From a virus (Duplodnaviria > Caudoviricetes), in the IMG/VR virus record IMGVR_UViG_3300016666_000388, positions 1 through 28,287 of that record: 28,287 bases of DNA; one strand, 5' to 3'. The notes under the pieces were generated by a model that ran no database searches, was not told the origin of the DNA, and saw nothing but the letters and a program-made list of their open reading frames with translations. Position numbers and translations under genes: made by a program. Shown in pieces: positions 17,020 to 24,702 of this stretch. Every line of letters begins with the position of its first letter. The stretch's first letter is position 1.

Positions 17020-18408
17020 TTAGGCAAAGCCTTTTGCGTTATGTACCGCTAAATCTCCTGCAATTAAAATGTCATATGGTGAAGCTTGAAACTGATATAC
17101 AGTTCTTTCTTCATCAATTAATTGTGTTGATTGAATTTCAACTTCAGTATATGAGCCATCAGAATTTCTTTGAAGCATACTATCTCCAATTTCCAAAGTG
17201 CCCGTTGTGCCAAAGAAATACTGTCCCTGTTTTTTAATTAAAACTGTTTGTTCTAGTGAAAATCTCTTAGACATATCATTATTTAATATAATAGTAACAT
17301 CTTTAATAGATGGAATAATACCTGTAATTTCTGTTTCAATCATTGATATATTGGTTAAACTATTGCTTGACCAAGTATATGGATCTACTTTTGATTCATC
17401 AACAAATTCATCCCAAACTAATGACCAAAGCTTGTCTCCTATTGCAATATCTTTAGCTGGTTTTTCAATAATTTGATTACCTTCTCCTAATGTTAACATT
17501 AATGTATCTTCATCAATACATGCAAACATTGGAGGTCCAAAAAATCCTGGAGGTCCGAAGAATGCTGGTGGAGCAAAGAATCTTGGAGGTCCGAAGAATC
17601 CTGGTGGAGCAAAGAACGCTGGTGGTCCGAAGAATCCTGGTGGAGCAAAGAATCTTGGAGGTCCGAAGAATGACGGTGGAGCAAAGAATGACGGTGGGGC
17701 AAAGAATGACGGTGGAGCGAAGAACGCTGGTGGAGCAAAGAATGCTGGAGGAGAAAAGAATGTAGTAACGGTATTTGAATTAGCAGAATATACTGAGCTT
17801 CCATTACCATTAACTGCTTGAACATTGTAAAACTGTGATGTTCCACCAACTTCAGTAGTAACTGCATAAGATGTAACATTTCCAACATTTATTGGACTTG
17901 GTATTACTCCAGTGTCACTGGATTTAATAACATAACTCGATATAGCTTTTCCACCATTTGCTGCGGGTCCAGACCAAGAAATATCGTCTCTATTTGCTAT
18001 AGTCGAAGTAACTGTTGGAGTAGAAGGAGCATCTGGAACAGTTGTTGCAGTTACTGATCCCGATGTGGTTCCCGAAGACGATCCTGCGCTATTATTTGCT
18101 TTAATTGTAAATGTATATGCAGTATTTGATGCAAGTCCTTGGAAAGTATAAGGACTAGATGTTGCGGTTACTGTATATGTGGCTGGATTCGATGTAATTG
18201 TATAGTTTGTAGCAGAAGCTGATCCTGCAGGTAAACTAAATGTTAAAGTTACAGCACCACCTGTCCCAGCTGCCGAAGCTTCTGATGTAGTATTAGCTGT
18301 TGCTAAATACGGTCTATTTGTTCCAACATCTGTTGCTGATGAAATTGTAACATTTTCTGGCCAAGTTATACTTGATGATACTTTACCCTTTTTTCTTCCG
18401 AATGCCAT
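17020..18408 (-). CDS. Protein with two FN3 domains, a (FFxPPx)13 repeat and a C-terminal Hint domain
   Basis: FN3-like segments GLASNTAYTFTIKANN and VPDAPSTP...ISWSGPAANGGKAISSY...VQAVN. Repeat at aa 217-294. Hint from Cys297 (CIDEDTLM, DIAIGDKL) to VHN457, followed by AKGFA and stop. Confidence 0.85.
   Translation of the reverse strand: MAFGRKKGKVSSSITWPENVTISSATDVGTNRPYLATANTTSEASAAGTGGAVTLTFSLPAGSASATNYTITSNPATYTVTATSSPYTFQGLASNTAYTFTIKANNSAGSSSGTTSGSVTATTVPDAPSTPTVTSTIANRDDISWSGPAANGGKAISSYVIKSSDTGVIPSPINVGNVTSYAVTTEVGGTSQFYNVQAVNGNGSSVYSANSNTVTTFFSPPAFFAPPAFFAPPSFFAPPSFFAPPSFFGPPRFFAPPGFFGPPAFFAPPGFFGPPRFFAPPAFFGPPGFFGPPMFACIDEDTLMLTLGEGNQIIEKPAKDIAIGDKLWSLVWDEFVDESKVDPYTWSSNSLTNISMIETEITGIIPSIKDVTIILNNDMSKRFSLEQTVLIKKQGQYFFGTTGTLEIGDSMLQRNSDGSYTEVEIQSTQLIDEERTVYQFQASPYDILIAGDLAVHNAKGFA
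17527..17760 (-). repeat. 13 x 18-bp coding tandem repeat encoding FF[A/G/S]PP[A/S/R/G/M]
   Basis: Units such as TTC TTT GCT CCA CCA GGA and TTC TTC GGA CCT CCA AGA, counted directly. Confidence 0.95.
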
Positions 18409-18423
18409 TTATATCTCCTTCTA

Positions 18424-21207
18424 TTATGCTGTTAGGTCGCCCAAGACTACCCAAGTGTCGGTTGCTCGTTTAAATAATGTCGCTGAAGACCACTGTGCTC
18501 TTAATTTTGCAGTATTTGCAGTACCTTGTGGTGTTGCATTAATTGTAACTCCTGCGGTTCCAACTATTGAAACTTGTCCTGCTCCAGTTTGAAGAATATC
18601 TATTGATGTTCCAACTGGGAATGCTGCAGCAGAATTTAATGGTATTGTAACGCTAACTGCAGATGCACTGCTTACTTCTACCAATGAATCTCTATCTGCT
18701 AATGCCACTGTATATGCTGCTGTTTGTGGATTAATTGTTGTGCGAGATGGAACACCTTCTTTAGTTTGGGTTCCATCTGTAAATACAATTCCTGATGATG
18801 AAACTGTTAAAGTTCCTGAAGATACAGTTGGAGAAGTCATTGCAGGTGAAGTTAAAGTTTTATTTGTAAGAGTTTCTGTTCCTGCCAATGATGCAACATC
18901 TGCATCTGTAACTGCTGTATTTAATTGTGCTAATGTTGTGGTTACAGTATTTGAACCTAACGAAATTGATTTATTTGTAAATGTTTCTGTTTTAGAAGCA
19001 GTTGTCTTAGCATCTAGTTGTGTTTGAATTGCTGAAGTTACTCCATCTAAGTATTGCAATTCTGTATTTGAAACATTGCCAATTGTTGCTGATGAAGCTT
19101 CAAAAGCTCCTACTGCTAATGCATCAAGTGAACCTTGTGTAAAATTAACGGTAGTTGTAGGTTCATCTGTTACACCCTTAAATAATTTCCACTTAGAATC
19201 AGAAGCATCACGTACAAGACCTGAGTGCTGATAGGTTCCATCATTGAATGAAGAAACAATACCTAGGTCAACAGCATTACCTGTATTTCCACCACCCATA
19301 TAAATCATCGGATCTGAAACTTCAAGATTTGTTGAAGATACAGTTGTAGTAGTTCCTGAAACTGTTAAATTTCCAGAAATTGTAACTGCTGCTGCATTTA
19401 CAGTACCAGTAAAAGTAGGTGATGCAAGTGGAGCTTTAGCATTTAATTGTGTTTGAATTGCAGATGTCACACCATCTATATATCCAATTTCAGTTGCTGA
19501 AACATTTCCAATCGATGTTGTAGAAGGCAAAACTACTGTGCCAGTAAATGTTGGCCCAGCTAAGTTAGCCTTAAGATCAAGTGCTGATTGAGTAGCAGTA
19601 GATACTGGCTTATTAGCATCAGATGTATTATCTACATTGCTTAATCCTACATCTGCTTTAACAATTCCCGTTGGAGAATTAATAACTGGAGATGTAAGCG
19701 TTTTATTTGTTAAAGTTTGAGTATTTGTTGTTCCAACAACTGCTCCAGTTACACCGTGAGCTGTTGATGTATTAGAATTATGTGTAGATACAGCATCATC
19801 AGAATATGTTTTTGTTGCAAGGGCGGAAGTATCAGTAATTCCGTGTACTGATGTAGTATCGTCATTATGTGTAGACACAGCACCGTCAGCATATGTCTTA
19901 GTTGCTAATGCTGATGTATCTGCGATTCCGTGAACTGATGTTGTATCAGATTCATGTGCTGCAACTGCAGTAGAAATTGCTGAATTTCTATTTGTAACTT
20001 CTGTAGATATTGCAGTAGAAATTGCTGAATCTCTATTTGTAACTTCTGTAGACATTATAGAATCTGCATAATTATTTGCTGAAGCAATAGCAGCTGTATC
20101 TGCTGTTGCAATATCATTAGGAATATTTGTATATACCTCAGTGTTTAAAGTTGAAAGAGTTCCATTAATTGTTGTTATATCAGATTCTGTTGCCGATAAA
20201 CCTGTTTGTAAATCTGACACATCACCTTCAATTGTTGAAATTGAAGCATTAACAGTTGTTATTGCATTGTCAGTGTAACCATTTGCACTAGTTAATGCAG
20301 CGTCAGTGTAACCATTTGCACTAGTTAATGCAGCAGGAATATCTTCCTGAACGATACCTGAAGCTATTAAATCTACATAATTTTTAGTTGCAGCATGCAA
20401 ATTGCTTGTAGGGTCTGCTGATAATGTTAGGAACCCAGTCATTGTGTCGCCAGATTTAGCTACCTTTTCTCCAATAGATGTTGTTATTGTAGAAGAAAAA
20501 TTTGCATCATCATTTATTGCAGCAGCTAATTCATTTAATGTATTTAATAATGTTGGAGAACCATCTACTAAATTTGAAATTTGTTGGTCTGTATAGTTTG
20601 CTGCAGTTATAATATTTTGATCTGCATAAGCAACTGTTGCCCAGTAGGTATTATCAATCTGTGTATTTGGAATTTTTGTACTTGAATTAAGGGTAGCAAC
20701 ACCATTTGGTTGACCCTTTTCTGAATCTGGAATATAAGTAGTATCAACTGTATTTGATAAGGTTGAAACTGCATTATCTACATAATCTTGAGTAGCAAGA
20801 TCTGCTGTATTTGCAATTCCATGTACGCTTGTTGTAACTGCATTATGAGCTGATACTGCAGAATCTGCATATCCTTCAGTTGCAGTAATTTCTGAATTTA
20901 CATATGATTTAAGGGCAACAACAGAATCATCAATAGAAACAGTAATTGTATTTGTACCATCATTATAAGACTTTGTAAGACCGCTTCCCATTGATAGAGC
21001 ATCATTAATTGCATCTTGTGCAATTTCGCCAATTGCTGGTGAATCTGCAGCAATATAATCTAGTGATGTCCATGTTGTGGTTCCATCACCAATTTTTACC
21101 TTACGAGTATTTGTTTCAACACCAATTTCACCTGCTGCTAGTGTTGGATTTGCGGAAGTCCACTGAGTAGATGTTCCACGTCTTACCTGAATTCTTACTG
21201 TTGCCAT
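18424..21207 (-). CDS. Long tail fibre protein with an Mtd-N-like N-terminus
   Basis: RIQVRRGTSTQWTSANPTLAAGEIGVETNTRKVKIGDG (major tropism determinant N-terminal-like), LNTLNELAAAINDD, TLTNKTLTSP repeats and a C-terminal TIP...FPVGT...W..LGDL domain. Confidence 0.85.
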   Translation of the reverse strand: MATVRIQVRRGTSTQWTSANPTLAAGEIGVETNTRKVKIGDGTTTWTSLDYIAADSPAIGEIAQDAINDALSMGSGLTKSYNDGTNTITVSIDDSVVALKSYVNSEITATEGYADSAVSAHNAVTTSVHGIANTADLATQDYVDNAVSTLSNTVDTTYIPDSEKGQPNGVATLNSSTKIPNTQIDNTYWATVAYADQNIITAANYTDQQISNLVDGSPTLLNTLNELAAAINDDANFSSTITTSIGEKVAKSGDTMTGFLTLSADPTSNLHAATKNYVDLIASGIVQEDIPAALTSANGYTDAALTSANGYTDNAITTVNASISTIEGDVSDLQTGLSATESDITTINGTLSTLNTEVYTNIPNDIATADTAAIASANNYADSIMSTEVTNRDSAISTAISTEVTNRNSAISTAVAAHESDTTSVHGIADTSALATKTYADGAVSTHNDDTTSVHGITDTSALATKTYSDDAVSTHNSNTSTAHGVTGAVVGTTNTQTLTNKTLTSPVINSPTGIVKADVGLSNVDNTSDANKPVSTATQSALDLKANLAGPTFTGTVVLPSTTSIGNVSATEIGYIDGVTSAIQTQLNAKAPLASPTFTGTVNAAAVTISGNLTVSGTTTTVSSTNLEVSDPMIYMGGGNTGNAVDLGIVSSFNDGTYQHSGLVRDASDSKWKLFKGVTDEPTTTVNFTQGSLDALAVGAFEASSATIGNVSNTELQYLDGVTSAIQTQLDAKTTASKTETFTNKSISLGSNTVTTTLAQLNTAVTDADVASLAGTETLTNKTLTSPAMTSPTVSSGTLTVSSSGIVFTDGTQTKEGVPSRTTINPQTAAYTVALADRDSLVEVSSASAVSVTIPLNSAAAFPVGTSIDILQTGAGQVSIVGTAGVTINATPQGTANTAKLRAQWSSATLFKRATDTWVVLGDLTA
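19966..20052. repeat. 42-bp direct repeat with 45-bp period (STEVTNRxSAISTA)
   Basis: Copies at 19966-20007 and 20011-20052 with one mismatch. Confidence 0.9.
20269..20334. repeat. Perfect 33-bp tandem duplication (AALTSANGYTD x2)
   Basis: gtcagtgtaaccatttgcactagttaatgcagc occurs twice. Confidence 0.95.
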
Positions 21208-21232
21208 TTTATTTTATATCCCCTATATTAGA

Positions 21233-21241
21233 ATTATACCA
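21233..21241 (-). promoter_or_regulatory. Extended -10 promoter (TGGTATAAT) heading the fibre/modification operon
   Basis: Perfect TGnTATAAT in the intergenic gap, followed by an AGGGGA SD and ATG 21207. Confidence 0.65.
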
Positions 21242-21253
21242 TTTACTTTTTTG

Positions 21254-21574
21254 CTAGGCTATTACTCCTGAGTCAAATGTTATAGCAAATGATGATGATG
21301 TTGGGGTTCCGCCATCTACCATTTTTGTGGCTTCTGTGATAACCCCTTCTCCCCCAACTGAATAAATTGGGGCTCCGTTATAATCTATTGCCAAATCAAC
21401 ATCCATAAATGACATATCATTTGAATCTGATATATCTATCCATTGTCCATTAACCTGAATTTGTAATTTACTTGTATTAGAATTATATGCGAGGGGAACT
21501 GAACCTAATGTAACCTGTCCAGCCTCTACTATGAGGTTATTTTTTACTTTAAAATCTCTGTTATTTGTTGCCAC
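21254..21574 (-). CDS. Small fibre-associated structural protein
   Basis: GTG start. The N-terminus NRDFKVKNNLIVE resembles that of the upstream gene, and the C-terminus has a DGGTP motif. Confidence 0.65.
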   Translation of the reverse strand: MATNNRDFKVKNNLIVEAGQVTLGSVPLAYNSNTSKLQIQVNGQWIDISDSNDMSFMDVDLAIDYNGAPIYSVGGEGVITEATKMVDGGTPTSSSFAITFDSGVIA

Positions 21575-21583
21575 GAGTTCCCT

Positions 21584-21622
21584 ATCCCCCGAATTTTAGG
21601 TGGGGGATTTAAGCCCCCCACC
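21584..21622 (-). promoter_or_regulatory. Intergenic overlapping stem-loops
   Basis: GGTGGGGG/CCCCCACC 8-bp stem and an alternative ATCCCCC/GGGGGAT 7-bp stem; no U-tract. Confidence 0.55.
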
Positions 21623-21639
21623 AATTAATATTAAATTGT

Positions 21640-23250
21640 TTAAACTAGAAGTGTAGCGTGAGCCATTACTTCTGTGTTATTATTTGCTGGAGTAACACGC
21701 AATCTGACATTTCCTGAGTCAATATCTGCAGTTATATCCATCAAAGATCCATTTGTTGTTGTTATTGCATATTCATTCAAAGCAATATTATCAGATGTAT
21801 CTAATGTTAAAACTAACTCTGATACATGGGTATGAGTACCATTTTTTGCTTTTACAAGAATTTTAGCAGATCTATATGCTGTCTTAGACCAGCTAATAGC
21901 TGTTGTAGCTGCTGCTGTTGCAATATTTCCTGTTGTTGCTGCAATTTGACGAGATACTGAATTTACATCTATTGCTGTAAAATCTGTAGTTCCATCTAGA
22001 ACATCGTCTAATGCATTTTGAGCAGTTGTTTCAGCTGCTGATTGTGCTGATGACTGTGCTGAATCTACATATTGCTTTGTAGCTGCTTCAAGATTATTAA
22101 TTGGATCTGATGCTAGTACAAGAGTTCCAGTCATAGTTCCGCCAGATAGCGAAACCTTTTCTGCAATGCTATTTGCTACTGTAGTAAAATAATTAGCATC
22201 ATCATTAATTGCTGCCGCAATTTCATTAAGTGTATCAAGAAGTCCTGGGGCTCCGTCTACAAGATTATCAATTGCAGTATTAACATATGACTGAGTTGCA
22301 ATTGTGCTTGTATCTACAGAAAATTCACCAGTTCCTGAATTATATGATAATCCAGAACCAGCACTTACTGCTCCACGAGCACGGGCATCTGTGTAATAAA
22401 GATTTGAACCTTCTTCAATATCAGAAGTAGTAAGAGCATCAATTGCATTATTTGTATATGTTGCTGCATTTCCTTCAGCAGATGAAGCTGCGCCGTAGGC
22501 ATCATATGTGTTTGCTGTTACTAAAAATGTACCAGTTGATGAATCATAACTTAAGCCAGTTCCTGCTGCCATTGCATTTCTTGCACGGCCATTGGTGAAG
22601 TAAAGATTTGATGAACCCTCATCGATATCGTCTGTGGTTGCATTTGATATTGCTGATGAAGCTGCATTATCTGCATATGTTTTTGTAGCAACGGTATTAT
22701 CAATTGAAATAGCTCCTGATACGCTATTATAATCAATTCCTGTGCTACCTGAAATTGCTCCACGAGCACGACCATTAGTAAAGTATAGGTTTGAAGAACC
22801 TTCTTCGATGTCGTCTGTATTTAATGCATTAATTGCATTATTTGTATATGTTTCTGCATTTCCTTCAGCTGCTGTTTGAGCTGCTGCTGCTGAACCTGCA
22901 GGATCATATGCTGCTGAAGTTGCATCAAGTGCTCTTTGATTTGTAAAATATTTATTAGATGTACCTTCAGTAAGATCGTCTGTATCATGATTTGAAAGAC
23001 TTGATACTGTACCAGTTACATCACCAGTTAAATTTGCTGTAATTGTGCCAGCAGAAAAATTTCCACTTCCGTCACGTTTTACAACCGTATCTGGGGTATT
23101 GTTTGATGTGGCAGTACCGCCAATGAGATTAATTATATATGTTTCATCTGCGCTTGATTTTGTTAAAATATCATAGCTATTAACTGTAGCTGTTGATCCT
23201 TCAACTACAAGTCCGTTTTTTATTCTAAAATTTTTATTTACTGTTGCCAC
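21640..23250 (-). CDS. Tail fibre-like protein with TDDxxEGxxNLYFTxxRA repeats
   Basis: VVKRDGSGNFSAGTITA, four internal repeats, LDTLNEIAAAINDD and a C-terminal YRSAK beta domain. Confidence 0.8.
   Translation of the reverse strand: MATVNKNFRIKNGLVVEGSTATVNSYDILTKSSADETYIINLIGGTATSNNTPDTVVKRDGSGNFSAGTITANLTGDVTGTVSSLSNHDTDDLTEGTSNKYFTNQRALDATSAAYDPAGSAAAAQTAAEGNAETYTNNAINALNTDDIEEGSSNLYFTNGRARGAISGSTGIDYNSVSGAISIDNTVATKTYADNAASSAISNATTDDIDEGSSNLYFTNGRARNAMAAGTGLSYDSSTGTFLVTANTYDAYGAASSAEGNAATYTNNAIDALTTSDIEEGSNLYYTDARARGAVSAGSGLSYNSGTGEFSVDTSTIATQSYVNTAIDNLVDGAPGLLDTLNEIAAAINDDANYFTTVANSIAEKVSLSGGTMTGTLVLASDPINNLEAATKQYVDSAQSSAQSAAETTAQNALDDVLDGTTDFTAIDVNSVSRQIAATTGNIATAAATTAISWSKTAYRSAKILVKAKNGTHTHVSELVLTLDTSDNIALNEYAITTTNGSLMDITADIDSGNVRLRVTPANNNTEVMAHATLLV
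22369..22983 (-). repeat. Four dispersed copies of a T(D/S)D(I/L)xEGxxN(L/K)Y(F/Y)TxxRA protein repeat
   Basis: TDDLTEGTSNKYFTNQRA, TDDIEEGSSNLYFTNGRA, TDDIDEGSSNLYFTNGRA, TSDIEEGSNLYYTDARA. Confidence 0.85.
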
Positions 23251-23266
23251 CTAGACAACCCCCTAT

Positions 23267-24337
23267 TTAAGCTTTTAGTGCAGTCCTTACGAATCTAGCT
23301 GTAACAGCTGAGGACGTAGGAGTTACACATAAGCTAATTATACCTGCATTTGTTTCAAATGTAACATTTGCAAGATTATTTGATGTATTTGATATTATGT
23401 TACTTTCGGCAACACTTATATCGGTTCCATCGTTTAATACTAGGTAGTCGGACGAAATATATTCGCTACCTCTTGATATCTGTAGATTATATTTAATTGT
23501 TCTATATAGGCTGACAGAAAAAGTGTCTATTGTGGTTTTATTTTCAATACCAGTAATAATTTCATCATTATTTCCAGCCAAGCCTAAAGTTGTATTTATT
23601 AATTGAATATCTTCATCTTTTGCATATTCAAGGTCAAGATTTATATTTTCCCAAACTCCTGATGTTGCATTATATTGAAGAATATTTCCATCTTGTGGAT
23701 TAGTTATAGATACATTGTGTAACTCTTCTAATTCAAAACCATTTTGAATTTTTACAAACATGGAGCCAGTATTTGCACTACCTCCACGAATTACTATACC
23801 TAAAGAAACTAAATGTGATGGAGCAGAAGGTTTATTAGCAAGTCCAAATAATAAATTACCATTTGTTCCTAACCAAACTGGATCTCCATCATTTGCACCT
23901 GTAGTATTTATACCTTGAAGAATACCTTCGGATACTACTTCTCCTTCGGAATCATTTAAAATTTCTGCTCTGGTTATACCAAATGTTTTTGTAGATGTGC
24001 TTTCTGCAGAATTAGATGATAAAGAAACTCTTAATTTTCCAGATGCGCCTACTGCTCCTGAAACATATACCGCTTTGCCTTTTGAAATTGTAGCACCTGT
24101 ATTGTTGCTAACAGTTTCATAAATTAATTTTGCTTCAGTGCTTGGTGGAGCTGTTTCTAATACAGAAATTCTATAGTCTAAAGAATTTGCATTTGCAGAA
24201 CCATCAACACCAACTTTTGATTGCAATGCTTCAATCGCATCATTTACATTACCGTGTAATTCGGCATGACCTTGCAACGAATCTGTTGCTTGTGGATTTG
24301 ATAAATCGTCTAATGATGTTGGAAAATTAGTTGCCAA
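23267..24337 (-). CDS. Virion/fibre structural protein
   Basis: MATNFPTSLD...HAELHGNVNDAIEALQSKVG, a central NNTGATISKGKAVYVSG domain, LEELHNVSITNPQDGNILQYN and a C-terminal YRTIKY beta domain. Confidence 0.7.
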   Translation of the reverse strand: MATNFPTSLDDLSNPQATDSLQGHAELHGNVNDAIEALQSKVGVDGSANANSLDYRISVLETAPPSTEAKLIYETVSNNTGATISKGKAVYVSGAVGASGKLRVSLSSNSAESTSTKTFGITRAEILNDSEGEVVSEGILQGINTTGANDGDPVWLGTNGNLLFGLANKPSAPSHLVSLGIVIRGGSANTGSMFVKIQNGFELEELHNVSITNPQDGNILQYNATSGVWENINLDLEYAKDEDIQLINTTLGLAGNNDEIITGIENKTTIDTFSVSLYRTIKYNLQISRGSEYISSDYLVLNDGTDISVAESNIISNTSNNLANVTFETNAGIISLCVTPTSSAVTARFVRTALKA

Positions 24338-24701
24338 CTTCGCCTCCGTCTAGCAATGTTAAATTATGTAAACTTGCATTGCTATATGTTGAATTCGGAC
24401 TGCCACCGTCAAGTCCAATTATAACAGGAATTTCTTCTTGAACAGTAGCTGGATCCTCATTATTTATTTCTTTAAATGTTACTGGATTAGAAACATCAAT
24501 AGTATGAACTTGTCCATCGTATGTGTGTGTGTGCATATAAAATGGAGTAGGATCTGTATTAGATGCTATTGTAACCCAAGTTATTCCGTTGTGAATTTTT
24601 AAGGCTTTATCTGTTGTATTAAAAAACACATCACCTTCCGATCCAGTTGGATCGGAGGCAAGTGTTGTTAAATTAAGTAAAGACTTAAATTTTCTTGACA
24701 T
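24327..24701 (-). CDS. Small fibre-associated structural protein
   Basis: MSRKF N-terminus, GDVFFNTTDKALKIHNGITW, HTHTY and two C-terminal LDGG motifs. Confidence 0.65.
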   Translation of the reverse strand: MSRKFKSLLNLTTLASDPTGSEGDVFFNTTDKALKIHNGITWVTIASNTDPTPFYMHTHTYDGQVHTIDVSNPVTFKEINNEDPATVQEEIPVIIGLDGGSPNSTYSNASLHNLTLLDGGEVGN

Positions 24702-24702
24702 T

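Noticed and set aside
17038-17520. Canonical mobile splicing intein
   Set aside because: There is no endonuclease, the +1 residue is Ala and the C-extein is only 5 aa.
17527-17760. CRISPR array or non-coding repeat
   Set aside because: The 18-bp units are contiguous with no spacers, stay in frame, and vary at synonymous sites or at two fixed amino-acid positions.
17490-17888. Repetitive alternative ORFs 17490..17765 (+) and 17499..17888 (-)
   Set aside because: They are shadows of the 18-bp repeat in other frames, with no translation signals seen.
18424-21207. Diversity-generating retroelement suggested by the Mtd-N-like domain
   Set aside because: No reverse transcriptase, no adenine-variable TR/VR pair and no C-type lectin tip were seen in the window; Mtd-N is a generic anchor domain.
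21599-21622. Standard intrinsic terminator
   Set aside because: The stem is strong but there is no U-tract on the coding strand; kept as a regulatory hairpin instead.
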